The notes beneath the pieces were generated by a model. That model saw nothing but the letters and a program-made list of their open reading frames with translations, was not told where the DNA came from and did not search any database. DNA of 64,000 nt from Minisyncoccota bacterium (GTDB lineage: Bacteria; Patescibacteriota; Minisyncoccia; Phycocordibacterales; UBA1006). Numbering within the stretch: the first letter of the stretch is position 1; each line of letters opens with the position of its first letter. Positions 1 through 9,518 of the stretch are shown one piece after another. The translations under genes and the position numbers were made by a program. The stretch lies in the NCBI GenBank assembly GCA_022763365.1, contig JALEGN010000013.1, positions 44,118 to 108,117 on the forward strand, written 5' to 3'.

Positions 1-195
1 AGTTATGGATTTTTGACCTTCAAGGCTGAAAAACGTGGAGATATTGAGGCGAGAAAGTATTTAAAAAAATTGAAAACGATTTCGCTACAAGAAACCAAAG
101 ATAAAGTAGCAAAATTTGGAACTATAAAGGATTTGTGGTTAGCACATAGTCAATCTAGACTAGTCTTAAGTTCATTATATGACTTACTAGAATAA
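1..195 (+). CDS. 3' end of a gene whose 5' end lies outside the window; product unknown
   Basis: Open frame runs from window position 1 with no upstream stop; ORF track shows only the TTG-initiated tail (13-195); terminator hairpin follows immediately. Confidence 0.3.
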   Translation, partial: SYGFLTFKAEKRGDIEARKYLKKLKTISLQETKDKVAKFGTIKDLWLAHSQSRLVLSSLYDLLE

Positions 196-196
196 T

Positions 197-230
197 AAAA
201 CCCTTACTCTGCTTGAGTGAGGGGTTTTTT
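197..230. terminator. Bidirectional rho-independent terminator between convergent genes
   Basis: Stem cccttactc/gagtgaggg (one G-U pair) with 5-nt loop, A-run before and T-run after (positions 201-230). Confidence 0.6.
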
Positions 231-989
231 GATACCGACAAGAGTATGTTGTTTTATATTTACCGGATAGGTTAAATATACTTTTTTGAAAGGGTCACGT
301 GGATCAAATTCAATATCTTTAACCACCGCTATAATATTTCCTGGTTGATTTAATGCGTAGAGAATATCTCCGGCAACCACCTCGATTTCTCGTGGTGAAT
401 CAATGATGAAACTTGAACCTCCAGCTCCTTGCGCGACTAATGATTCATTATGAGGATATAAAATTCCTGTGACTGATTGATCAGCATTTGAATACAAGGT
501 AACACGTGCGGTTGTATTAAATACATCCGATACGTATCCTATCAACACCGTATCTGAAATAATGATTTGATCACCAACACTTACCCCATCGGATTCACCA
601 CGGCCAATAATCATGTTGTCATAACTTGCTAATGAACCATATTCAAGAATAGGCGCTACAAGATCAGCTGTCTCTCTCAGCCCAACAGTTGCCTCTAATT
701 GATCAGATAAATAGCGCGTTCTGATATTATCAACCTCAAGGCGTTCAATCTCACGTTCAAGCTCTTGGTTTCTTTCTAAGATTTCTCCTCTAGCTACAAA
801 TGACTGGAAAAAATTACTTGTTTCGGCATAGAGATCATTTTTATTTTTCCATGATCGAGCAATAATATTTTCGGTCCAATCAAATATCATTCCATATACT
901 GGTGTAAATAAAGCTAAGATTAACAAAATAGTAGCAATACCATAGTTAAGCTGTTTATTTTTTCGATTTCTATCGTAGCGGTAACTCAT
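204..989 (-). CDS. mreC: Rod shape-determining protein MreC
   Basis: Immediately downstream of mreB on same strand with 20-nt overlap; N-terminal TM anchor, coiled-coil (ELEREIERLE), C-terminal beta domain typical of MreC. Confidence 0.8.
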   Translation of the reverse strand: MSYRYDRNRKNKQLNYGIATILLILALFTPVYGMIFDWTENIIARSWKNKNDLYAETSNFFQSFVARGEILERNQELEREIERLEVDNIRTRYLSDQLEATVGLRETADLVAPILEYGSLASYDNMIIGRGESDGVSVGDQIIISDTVLIGYVSDVFNTTARVTLYSNADQSVTGILYPHNESLVAQGAGGSSFIIDSPREIEVVAGDILYALNQPGNIIAVVKDIEFDPRDPFKKVYLTYPVNIKQHTLVGIKKPLTQAE

Positions 990-2025
990 CGTCTTCGTGA
1001 ATTAATACTTGCTCGTAATCTTCTAGTCGATCGAGGACAAGACCCGTCCCAACAACTACTGAATATAAAGGTTCCTCGCCAACATAGACTGGGATATCTA
1101 ATTCGTCTTGAAGGAGTTCATTCAATCCTCCAATCATTGCACCACCTCCAACAAGGTGAATACCTTTTTGCATAATATCTGAGACAACTTCTGGTGGTGT
1201 TTTTTCAAGAACCTCTTTTACACCGTCAACCAAAATGGCTATTGAGTGACTAATAGCCTCTCGGATATCATGATTGTTCACCAAAATTTGTCGTGGAAGA
1301 CCCGTGATAATATCACGACCACGTACCTCTGATTCTAATTGTTCATGATCTGAAATGGCGCCAATCTTAATTTTGATTTCTTCCGCTGTTTTTTCTCCAA
1401 CAAGGATTTTAAACTCATCTCGCAGATATAAAATAATATCCTGGTTTAATTTATCTCCGGCAATTTTAAGATTCTTTGATTGAACAACTCCGGCAAGAGA
1501 AATAACCGCAATGTCAGTCGTTCCACCACCAATATCAATAACCATTGACCCAACAGGATCAAGAACTGGAAGGTGGAGTCCGACTGCTGCTGCCATAGGC
1601 TCTTCAATAATATATACTTCGCGAGCTCCCGCATTATGTGCTGCGTCATAGACCGCGCGGTGTTCAACATTCGTAATTCCTGACGGAACCCCAACAATAA
1701 CCCGTGGCCTGAAAACCTTTTTCACCTTTGATTCTGCTTTTCGGATAAGGTATGACAACATTTCCTCTGTCACATCAAAATCAGAAATAACACCATCAAC
1801 TAACGGACGAACAACACGGATATGTCCTGGGTTTCTCCCTAACATTTCTCTTGCATCATTTCCTACCGCCACAACGCGGTTTGTTTTAGTATTTAAGGCA
1901 ACAACTGATGGTTCATTAATCACCACACCTTGTCCTTTGACGTAGACCAATGTATTTGCTGTCCCTAAATCAATCCCAATATCATTAGAAAATTTATTAT
2001 AAAGTTTTTGTAAAAAATTATTCAT
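970..2025 (-). CDS. mreB: Rod shape-determining actin-like protein MreB
   Basis: N-terminus IGIDLGTANTLVYVKGQGVVINEPSVVA, phosphate-1/2 and adenosine motifs of actin/Hsp70 fold; AAGGA upstream of ATG. Confidence 0.95.
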   Translation of the reverse strand: MNNFLQKLYNKFSNDIGIDLGTANTLVYVKGQGVVINEPSVVALNTKTNRVVAVGNDAREMLGRNPGHIRVVRPLVDGVISDFDVTEEMLSYLIRKAESKVKKVFRPRVIVGVPSGITNVEHRAVYDAAHNAGAREVYIIEEPMAAAVGLHLPVLDPVGSMVIDIGGGTTDIAVISLAGVVQSKNLKIAGDKLNQDIILYLRDEFKILVGEKTAEEIKIKIGAISDHEQLESEVRGRDIITGLPRQILVNNHDIREAISHSIAILVDGVKEVLEKTPPEVVSDIMQKGIHLVGGGAMIGGLNELLQDELDIPVYVGEEPLYSVVVGTGLVLDRLEDYEQVLIHEDDELPLR

Positions 2026-2027
2026 AA

Positions 2028-3281
2028 TTATCCTTCGGTGAAGTGTGCAATAACGCGGGCTGGATCAACATATTCTGTCTCTCCCGTTTCTCGTTTTGTT
2101 ATTTCAACACCTCCATTTTCAAGCGATCGCTCGGTATACACAATACGGTATGGCATTCCCATTAAATCTGCATCGGCAAGTTTTTGTCCAGGTCCAGCAT
2201 CGCGATCATCAAATAAGACATCGATTCCAGCATTTTTTAAATCATGATAAAGGCTTTCTGCATCACGGAAAATATTTTCATTTTTCCCAAAGGTTACCAA
2301 GTGAATGGTAAAGGGTGCTATTTCCTCTGGCCAAATAAGCCCTTTGTCATCTGATAAGACCTCAGCAATAGCTCCAATAAGACGAGAGATCCCAATACCA
2401 TATGACCCCATATGAACAAATTGCTCGTTACCATCTTCGTCTTTAAATTTTAGATTTCCAGGTTCTGAAAATTTAGTTCCAAGGTCAAAAATATTCCCTG
2501 TTTCAATGGTTTTTAGTTCAGTAAATTCAGCATCTTTCAGGCCAAGATCCTTTTTAACTTCATCATTAAAGACTTCTTTATTAATAGCTGTTCCTGATTT
2601 TTCATCAAGGTAGATAATATCCTCACCAGCCTCAGAAATCGTTTGAAATTCATGTGAGTATTTCGCAAAACTTCCTCCGGAAGCGAAAGTAAGATATGTC
2701 AAATGACCAATACCTACCCGATTAAAAACATTTGCATAGGCAATTTTACTCTTTTCGTAAAATTCATCATGTTGCTCTTTATTTTCAGAAAATGAATACA
2801 ATGCTTTCCAAAAAAATTCTCGACCTCTCATCAATCCTGACTTAGCACGTTTTTCGTTTCGAAACATAGTTCGAATATCATAAGGATACGCTGGTAAGTC
2901 CTTATATGAAGAAATATATCCTTGCATCATATCAACCGTTGCCTCTTCATGAGTGAAGGCGAGCCCCAATTCAGTTCCATTTTTTAATTCTGTTTTAAAC
3001 CAGTTATCAGTCACTTTATCTGACCACCTGTTGGTAGCTTCCCAAATCTCTTTCTTTTGTAGAGCAGCTGATTGAGTTTCTTGCCCGCCAATAGCATTCA
3101 TTTCCTCACGAATAATATAAGCTATTTTTTCACTCACTTTCACACCAAGTGGTAAAAGTGAATATACTCCTGCCATTGTTTTATGAATATACCCTGCTCG
3201 AATCAATAATTGAGCATTTTTTGAGACTTCATCTGCTGGAGCTTCTTTCCGTGTTTTTGTGAACAACTGTGACTGTTTCAT
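2028..3281 (-). CDS. proS: Prolyl-tRNA synthetase, short form without INS editing domain
   Basis: N-terminus MKQSQLFTKTRKEAPADEVSKNAQLLIRAGYI matches ProRS; class II core and C-terminal anticodon-binding domain; likely start at 3281 (ORF track extends to 3305). Confidence 0.85.
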   Translation of the reverse strand: MKQSQLFTKTRKEAPADEVSKNAQLLIRAGYIHKTMAGVYSLLPLGVKVSEKIAYIIREEMNAIGGQETQSAALQKKEIWEATNRWSDKVTDNWFKTELKNGTELGLAFTHEEATVDMMQGYISSYKDLPAYPYDIRTMFRNEKRAKSGLMRGREFFWKALYSFSENKEQHDEFYEKSKIAYANVFNRVGIGHLTYLTFASGGSFAKYSHEFQTISEAGEDIIYLDEKSGTAINKEVFNDEVKKDLGLKDAEFTELKTIETGNIFDLGTKFSEPGNLKFKDEDGNEQFVHMGSYGIGISRLIGAIAEVLSDDKGLIWPEEIAPFTIHLVTFGKNENIFRDAESLYHDLKNAGIDVLFDDRDAGPGQKLADADLMGMPYRIVYTERSLENGGVEITKRETGETEYVDPARVIAHFTEG

Positions 3282-3511
3282 ATATATGTATCGTACCGGA
3301 ATCACTATTTATTTCAAATTAAATAGTTACCAATACACAAATTTTAAATATCTATTTTTACTTGAAAAATAAAGGAATATCAGTAATATAGACATCGTAA
3401 AAACCTGTGGGGCTTATAGCTCCCTCACTGTCGAAGGTGAGATTAAACGATAGTTATTTATTAGTTACAAAACTATTGTGCAGGATTTACCTAATATATT
3501 TATATTGCTAT

Positions 3512-4189
3512 ATGGCAAAAGTTAACGAGGCTTTGGTAAACGAAATGTTTGAAGCCGGAGCACATGTTGGATACTCAAAAACACGACGTCATCCATCAGC
3601 ACGTGAATTTGTTTTTGATTCACGTCAAAAAAAGGATATTATTGACCTTGAAAAAACAACGACTCAATTAGAAACAGCTCTTGGATTTCTTAAAGAACTT
3701 CAAGGAACTGACAAACAAGTTCTTTTTGTAGGAACTAAAGCAGAAGCAAGGCGACTTATGCGTGAAGCTGCTGAATTAATCGACATGCCATTTGTGACTG
3801 AACGATGGCTTGGAGGAACCCTTACCAACGCAAAAGAAATTCGGTCACGTGTTGATCGACTCATCATGCTTCAAGATCAAGCAGAAAAAGGAGAACTTGT
3901 TGCAGCGACCAAAAAAGAAAAACTCATGCTCGAGCGAGAAATCGAACGACTTGAGAAAAAATTTGGTGGTCTTAAAACTATGAAAAAAGCTCCAGCAGCA
4001 CTTTTCGTAATTGATTCTAAAAAGGAAGAAATTGCGGTTACTGAAGCTCGTCAAATGAATATCCCAGTTATCGCTATTGCAAACACTGACTGTGATGTTT
4101 CAATTATCAACTACCCTATCGTTGCGAACGATACTAACGTTTCATCAATTGCTTTGTTTACCAACAAAGTTGCTGATGTACTAAAATAA
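3512..4189 (+). CDS. rpsB: 30S ribosomal protein S2
   Basis: MAKVNEALVNEMFEAGAHVGY...ERWLGGTLTN conserved S2 core; ORF-track start at 3407 is an upstream extension, true ATG at 3512. Confidence 0.95.
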   Translation: MAKVNEALVNEMFEAGAHVGYSKTRRHPSAREFVFDSRQKKDIIDLEKTTTQLETALGFLKELQGTDKQVLFVGTKAEARRLMREAAELIDMPFVTERWLGGTLTNAKEIRSRVDRLIMLQDQAEKGELVAATKKEKLMLEREIERLEKKFGGLKTMKKAPAALFVIDSKKEEIAVTEARQMNIPVIAIANTDCDVSIINYPIVANDTNVSSIALFTNKVADVLK

Positions 4190-4194
4190 TCATT

Positions 4195-4647
4195 ATGGAA
4201 ATTTCAGTAGATCAAATTAAAGCTCTTCGAGAAGAAACCGGAGTATCAATTGGAAAATGTAAACAAGCACTTGTTGATGCAGGTGGAGATATGGATAAGG
4301 CAAAAGAACTCATCCGAGAAATCTCTGCAAAGGCAGCAGCTAAAAAAGCTGATCGAGACCTTGGCGCAGGGATTATTGAATCATATATTCACTCAAACAA
4401 AACAATTGGTGTATTAATAAAATTGGCATGCGAAACTGATTACGTTGCACGAAACGAAGATTTCATTAACCTTGCTGGAGATATTGCAATGCATATTGCA
4501 GCAATGGGAACTGAATCAGTTGAAGAATTAGCTGATCAACCTTTTGTTAAAAATCCAGAAATCACTATTTCAAAACTTATTGAAGAAGCAGTACTTAAAA
4601 TTGGAGAACGAATTGAAGTAGCAGAATTCTCCAGATTCTCAATCTAA
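4195..4647 (+). CDS. tsf: Elongation factor Ts, short form
   Basis: Directly follows rpsB (universal rpsB-tsf pair); UBA-like N-terminus ...LREETGVSIGKCKQAL and TDYVARNEDF core motif. Confidence 0.85.
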   Translation: MEISVDQIKALREETGVSIGKCKQALVDAGGDMDKAKELIREISAKAAAKKADRDLGAGIIESYIHSNKTIGVLIKLACETDYVARNEDFINLAGDIAMHIAAMGTESVEELADQPFVKNPEITISKLIEEAVLKIGERIEVAEFSRFSI

Positions 4648-4658
4648 CAATTACGTCT

Positions 4659-4994
4659 ATGATATTTATATACCTCTTTGTTATAGCAATAGTTGGTATG
4701 CTCATAGCAGTACTTATCGAGAGAAAACGAACAAAAAAGTCAGTATTGCAGATTTTAAAAAGTTCGTGTAGTATCGATAGTGTTCAGTTTGAAAAAAGGC
4801 TTGATAGCCTTCAAACAGGAAGTAATACTTTTAAAAAATACCTCTATTCAATAACCCATGTAAGTGCAAAAAAAGCAGTTCGGTATAATGAATTAGCGGT
4901 TAAAAAAATAAAGTATCTCGTTAGAAAAAAATTACATTCTGACACAATAAAAGAAACACCTTCTGAATTCATCTCTCAGATTCATTCAAAATAG
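4659..4994 (+). CDS. Hypothetical small membrane-anchored protein
   Basis: N-terminal hydrophobic helix (IFIYLFVIAIVGMLIAVLI) then basic soluble region; 11 nt after tsf. Confidence 0.35.
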   Translation: MIFIYLFVIAIVGMLIAVLIERKRTKKSVLQILKSSCSIDSVQFEKRLDSLQTGSNTFKKYLYSITHVSAKKAVRYNELAVKKIKYLVRKKLHSDTIKETPSEFISQIHSK

Positions 4995-5004
4995 TGTTTC
5001 TATT

Positions 5005-5077
5005 GCCACCTTAGCTCAGTTGGTAGAGCAATTGTTTTGTAAACAATAGGTCGTCGGTTCGAGCCCGACAGGTGGCT
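5005..5077 (+). tRNA. tRNA-Thr (anticodon UGU)
   Basis: Cloverleaf: acceptor GCCACCT/AGGTGGC, D-stem GCTC/GAGC, anticodon stem ATTGT/ACAAT with loop TTTGTAA, T-arm GTCGG-TTCGAGC-CCGAC; CCA not encoded. Confidence 0.9.
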
Positions 5078-5089
5078 CATAAAACAAAA

Positions 5090-5124
5090 AAGATACAAGT
5101 TGGTACTTGTATCTTTTTTGTTTT
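5090..5124 (+). terminator. Rho-independent terminator after tRNA-Thr
   Basis: 11-bp stem aagatacaagt/acttgtatctt, loop tggt, followed by ttttgtttt. Confidence 0.7.
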
Positions 5125-5228
5125 ACTGAATTACTTTTCTGGTTCCGTCAGGTTTATACTGGGCAAAATTTCAAAGAGTGAAACGACTATGAAATTTTAG
5201 CGTGCAGTAATCCCGATGAATTTAATTT

Positions 5229-6143
5229 TTACAACTCTTGCTGTTTAAATTCTTCCAAATCCTCATCATATACCAGCTCAACTAAATCAGGCTCCCTTCC
5301 ATCAAAAGCAATAGCATATTCATAAACCCCATCAATCTCTCTCATTAATGAAATATCTTCAATATTGATTTCTTCATATCCTTCCAAAGCTTGAATGAAT
5401 TCTTTAGCTTCAGCAACGAGAGCTTCTTGTTCTTTCATTTCTACAAGATTAGGAAATAATTCCTCTAAGTCATCTAGATTCTGTAGACCTTGATAGGTTT
5501 CATCTTGTACAATTAATGTCGGAAATTGTTCACCAAAATCATATAAACTCGTAAAAGTACCAATAACTGAAAAATCTAAATCAGTATCAAAAGAATAAAT
5601 ACGTATATCTGGATACTCCCTTTTAAATTCTGTCAGAATAATTCCTTGCTTTGAACAATCCACGCAATCATCTCCATAAAAATATAAAATTGAATCAATT
5701 TCGGTTTCACATTTTGATGAGAGTTCTTCCATTAACAAATAATCTTTAACTTGAAGGAGAGAATAATATTTTTTTAATTGCAGTACATCAGCATCATCAT
5801 CACCTTGATTTGTTTCAGCGACATCAAGCTTTCTGCCAAACTCACCAAGTTCACGAGATAATACATTATCATCTAATAATTCACATGGGGCTGTTTTCAG
5901 GAGTTCAAACTGTGTTTCCGCCGCAATCAAATCAGCAGTAATTTTACGCTGCAGGTCATCAACATGAGCTAGTTTTTGATTATTCATGAAATTCACCAGA
6001 CCAAATACCACAATAAAAATTCCAATCGTAATCAATAGCACAATAATATATTTTTTACCATCTTTATTCATGATGTTCATTGTAATGAGACTTTCCAAAA
6101 AGACAAATAAAAACAATACACAATTGTATTGTTTTAACGCCAA
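5229..6143 (-). CDS. Membrane-anchored thioredoxin-fold-like protein (CVDC motif) with acidic C-terminal region; partner of the adjacent GT2 synthase
   Basis: N-terminal TM (YIIVLLITIGIFIVVFGLV); YFYGDDCVDCSKQGIIL..PDIRIYSFD resembles a Trx-fold CxxC start; overlaps or abuts GT2 gene end (possible start at 6080 instead of 6143). Confidence 0.45.
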   Translation of the reverse strand: MALKQYNCVLFLFVFLESLITMNIMNKDGKKYIIVLLITIGIFIVVFGLVNFMNNQKLAHVDDLQRKITADLIAAETQFELLKTAPCELLDDNVLSRELGEFGRKLDVAETNQGDDDADVLQLKKYYSLLQVKDYLLMEELSSKCETEIDSILYFYGDDCVDCSKQGIILTEFKREYPDIRIYSFDTDLDFSVIGTFTSLYDFGEQFPTLIVQDETYQGLQNLDDLEELFPNLVEMKEQEALVAEAKEFIQALEGYEEINIEDISLMREIDGVYEYAIAFDGREPDLVELVYDEDLEEFKQQEL

Positions 6144-7369
6144 GTACCCTTTTTAGCAAAAATTGCATTATATGAAGACTGAATAAGCCAAATTGGTGCA
6201 ATGAAGGTGTACATAAAAAACATATAGAAAATATCAACTGTAAATTTATTCTTGTCATTTACTAATTCTCTCCCAATCCAAATAATCATGAGAGATAGTA
6301 ATACCCCAATCACTGCAAAAATATGCAACTGAGTAATATTAATAAAATACCAATCAATAGCCCAATTAAAATTGGTAGAAAATCCTATGAGAGAGATTTC
6401 CTCAAACCAACGCCATAGCGGCAGAAGGAATAACCATATTGATAGTGGGAATAAAATCACGGTAATAAAAACCCTAAATATTCCGATTGGCAATACCACC
6501 ATGCTGAGCTGCTTATACTCTTTTTTAAACAGAAGACCTCGGTAATCAAACATATTCATAATAAAACCATAGGTCCAACGAATACGTTGCTTGATGAGAG
6601 GTTTTACTTTTCGTGGTCCAACTGTATATACAATCGACTTTTCACTATAGGCAATTTTATATTTATGCTGTTGCATACGCAGTGCAATCTCAGCATCTTC
6701 AGTATGATGAGCTTCTTTATATGGGCCCAAAGTATCAAATACATATTTTCGAAAAACTGAAAACGGACCAGGTGTAATATAAATTGAGTTTATTTTTGCA
6801 AAGGCTTTACGTGCAAAGAGCCCGATATCATATTCAGCCTTTTGAGCCTTTTGCAGGAGTGTTTCGGGTCGCCCAACAATCATTGAGGGAATAGTTGCCA
6901 TAACCTGAGGGTCAGCAAAGTAATCCATATAGTACATAAGAGCATCTTTATCTACCCACGAATCAGCATCCAAAACACCAACAAGTTCGGATTCAATATG
7001 CTCTAAAGCAAAATTGAGGGCTGCAAATTTTGACCCTTCATTTTCTTTTTGTTTCAAAACAACTTGGGGATGATTTTGATATTTTTGAACAACCTGCCAG
7101 GTATCGTCAGTTGACCCATCGTCAACCACCATAATATACAATTTATCTTTTGGATAGTTGAGCTCAAGGAGTGATTCAACGGTTTTAAGAACCGTAGATT
7201 CTTCGTTGAAACAAGGAACAATAATTGTTGTTGTCAGGTATGCAATTGTTTTTTTCTTTTCTTGTTTGTTACCCTCTTTTTTTTCAAAATAACTTACAAG
7301 CAGAAACACTTGAAAATAAAGGGTTATAAACAGAAATACATACAAAAAGTACTCCATAACTACACGCAT
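6134..7369 (-). CDS. Processive family-2 glycosyltransferase (PgaC/IcaA/NodC/cellulose-synthase-like)
   Basis: VPCFNEE, DDGSTDDT, DAD, TED and QRIRW (QxxRW) motifs; N-terminal TM plus about 4 C-terminal TMs; 411 aa like PgaC/IcaA. Confidence 0.8.
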   Translation of the reverse strand: MRVVMEYFLYVFLFITLYFQVFLLVSYFEKKEGNKQEKKKTIAYLTTTIIVPCFNEESTVLKTVESLLELNYPKDKLYIMVVDDGSTDDTWQVVQKYQNHPQVVLKQKENEGSKFAALNFALEHIESELVGVLDADSWVDKDALMYYMDYFADPQVMATIPSMIVGRPETLLQKAQKAEYDIGLFARKAFAKINSIYITPGPFSVFRKYVFDTLGPYKEAHHTEDAEIALRMQQHKYKIAYSEKSIVYTVGPRKVKPLIKQRIRWTYGFIMNMFDYRGLLFKKEYKQLSMVVLPIGIFRVFITVILFPLSIWLFLLPLWRWFEEISLIGFSTNFNWAIDWYFINITQLHIFAVIGVLLSLMIIWIGRELVNDKNKFTVDIFYMFFMYTFIAPIWLIQSSYNAIFAKKGTWR

Positions 7370-7419
7370 CCTACCTGATGCCTTATTTTTTTCAAATAAA
7401 AAACCTGTAGAAAACAGGT

Positions 7420-8469
7420 TTAAGTATTAATTTTTACATATGATGGGATAAATAATCCCTTAGTTCCAGGAAAAGAATCAAGTGCTCGATATAAAGACGA
7501 ACTAATCATTTTTGACTCTGGTTCCGCAAAATATACTGCTGTTACTACCGACGGATCTATACGGTGATTAATATCAAAAATTTTATTTTCATAAACCGCA
7601 TCTTCGTGATTTCGAATACCACGAATCATAACTCTACAACCTAATTCTTTAACGAGAAAGGATGTAAGTTTCTGAGTTGGCTCTACAAAAAATACCTTGT
7701 TTTGAAATTCCATAGGGAGATTTTCTTCCAGTGGTAAGGGGTATTTTTCTGCCATAGCTATTTTTTCAGGATTAAGGGCCTGAACTATATAGACACGATC
7801 ATAAGACACCAAGGCTTGCTTAACAATTGACTCGTGTCCGTAGGTAAACGGAAGAAAAGAACCTGTAAAAGCTACCCAGTTTTCATTACGATTAAATTTT
7901 GCTTTTAGCCAATCTTGCAACAAAGAAGTATTAATATCAGGTATTTCACTATCAATTGTATCAATAATAAAATCTGCTGCTCTACAAAACTCTTCGTATG
8001 AACGTTGGCTTTTATCAATTAATTCAATCTGCTCTAGTGTCTTTTTTCGATGAGCCTTAATTCGATTATAACGAATTGAATCATCCGAACATACTACAGA
8101 AATAGTAGCAGTAAGCTCAATATCAATAGGTAGGGCTGATTCAATGAAAATAAATTCATGCTCTGTTTCAGCAATACAATCTTGAATATATCGACGTACT
8201 GCAGGATGAACAATTTCTTCCATAGCCTGTTTTTTTGATTTTGAAGCAAAAATAACTTTGCCGATTCGTTTTCTATCTTCTGATTTTTTCATTGAAAACT
8301 CAAAACCAAAAAGTTCTACAAGTTCATGATATATATTCCCTGTAGCCATAATTCGATGAGCAATTTCATCAGTAAAAAGATACTTACCTGGGAAATCTTT
8401 TTCCAAACTACGCATAAGCAAACTCTTGCCGGCACCAATTTGACCGGTTACATATATTATTTTTTTCAT
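7420..8469 (-). CDS. Bifunctional dephospho-CoA kinase (N-terminal) / phosphopantetheine adenylyltransferase-like (C-terminal) fusion
   Basis: Walker A VTGQIGAGKS and DPCK-like ...IVHPAV; C-terminal half has the nucleotidyltransferase motif FTGSFLPFTYGH (GSFDPxTxGH of CoaD). Confidence 0.6.
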   Translation of the reverse strand: MKKIIYVTGQIGAGKSLLMRSLEKDFPGKYLFTDEIAHRIMATGNIYHELVELFGFEFSMKKSEDRKRIGKVIFASKSKKQAMEEIVHPAVRRYIQDCIAETEHEFIFIESALPIDIELTATISVVCSDDSIRYNRIKAHRKKTLEQIELIDKSQRSYEEFCRAADFIIDTIDSEIPDINTSLLQDWLKAKFNRNENWVAFTGSFLPFTYGHESIVKQALVSYDRVYIVQALNPEKIAMAEKYPLPLEENLPMEFQNKVFFVEPTQKLTSFLVKELGCRVMIRGIRNHEDAVYENKIFDINHRIDPSVVTAVYFAEPESKMISSSLYRALDSFPGTKGLFIPSYVKINT

Positions 8470-8527
8470 ATAAAATAAATTTTATTTAAAATGTATTTAA
8501 TAAAATCATACATTTTATATTTGTAAA

Positions 8528-8560
8528 AATCAATAAAAAACTTATGAATTACTTCATAAG
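8528..8560 (-). terminator. Rho-independent terminator for the 142-aa membrane protein gene
   Basis: Perfect 8-bp stem cttatgaa/ttcataag overlapping the stop codon, followed on the minus strand by a T-run. Confidence 0.5.
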
Positions 8561-8977
8561 TTTGTTCATTTCATCTTTAACTTCCTGTTGTCGTTTTTTT
8601 GCAAAATCCTCTCCTTTATCAAGGAGTTCATCAATCTTATCATGAGCCTTGTCTCCTAAATCAGTTATTTTTTGAATGATTTTTTGTGTACCTTTTTTTA
8701 CTGCCGCACTAGTATCAGCAATTTCTTCATCCATTTTTTTTGCTTCTGTATGTTCTTCTTCTGCCAAAGCCTGTGGAAAGACTCGTTTGAAAATAAGAAC
8801 CGCTACAAATACATACATTACCCCAAAAGCAATACGAGAAAGAAATCCAAATACATGCGCAAAAACATGAAAATCAAAACCTAATACTAATCCAATCCCC
8901 ACACTGGCAATATCAACCGCAATAATAATTTTAATCCAATCAATCCACGTTTTTTTCTTTAATTCTTTCATTATCAT
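8549..8977 (-). CDS. Hypothetical membrane protein with charged helical C-terminal tail
   Basis: Two hydrophobic helices then a Lys/Glu/Asp-rich helical tail. Confidence 0.4.
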   Translation of the reverse strand: MIMKELKKKTWIDWIKIIIAVDIASVGIGLVLGFDFHVFAHVFGFLSRIAFGVMYVFVAVLIFKRVFPQALAEEEHTEAKKMDEEIADTSAAVKKGTQKIIQKITDLGDKAHDKIDELLDKGEDFAKKRQQEVKDEMNKLMK

Positions 8978-8995
8978 ATATTTAGTATATCAAAA

Positions 8996-9484
8996 TTAAA
9001 TACAAGATTTAACACTTCCAACAACAACGCGATTATTATTAATGCTTGTTCGTCCATTTCCATCAAAACAAATCCAACCATCACCATTTAACTTGATTTC
9101 AATCCACCATGGGCTCCCACTTGAGCCTACCCCATTTACAGATCCTGCAAATTGCATAGGAAGTCCTGCACCAGTTGGATTATAGTCTGCTCCAGCAGTA
9201 TCATAACAAACGTTATTTATCGTTCCGCTATTACCTGCTAACAAATATGCCTCTATAAATAAATCCCCTGAACTTGTTCCAGGTGAACAAATGGTGTCGT
9301 AATTACCAAGCTCACCAGCAACTATCTCAGCCTCTGTACGAAATTGATTAACAAGAGCTTTGATTTTTGCATCTCGAGCTCTATCGCGTGCATCACCAAG
9401 TGAGCCTAAAATAATGGTAGCAAGAACACCAATAATAGAAATGACTACCAATAATTCAATTAGAGTAAAGCCTTTGTTTTTCAT
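8996..9484 (-). CDS. Type IV pilin / pseudopilin (prepilin with N-terminal methylation motif)
   Basis: MKNKGFTLIELLVVISIIGVLATIIL: canonical G|FTLIE cleavage/methylation motif plus hydrophobic helix. Confidence 0.8.
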   Translation of the reverse strand: MKNKGFTLIELLVVISIIGVLATIILGSLGDARDRARDAKIKALVNQFRTEAEIVAGELGNYDTICSPGTSSGDLFIEAYLLAGNSGTINNVCYDTAGADYNPTGAGLPMQFAGSVNGVGSSGSPWWIEIKLNGDGWICFDGNGRTSINNNRVVVGSVKSCI

Positions 9485-9518
9485 AAGGTCAGTATAACAA
9501 AAAACACCCTTTCAGGTA

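Noticed and set aside
1446-1697. 83-aa ORF within mreB, and similar nested ORFs in other genes (2038-2311 in proS, 8672-8884, 44100-44958 in gap, 54090-54760)
   Set aside because: They are embedded in or antisense to well-supported genes and have no motif support.
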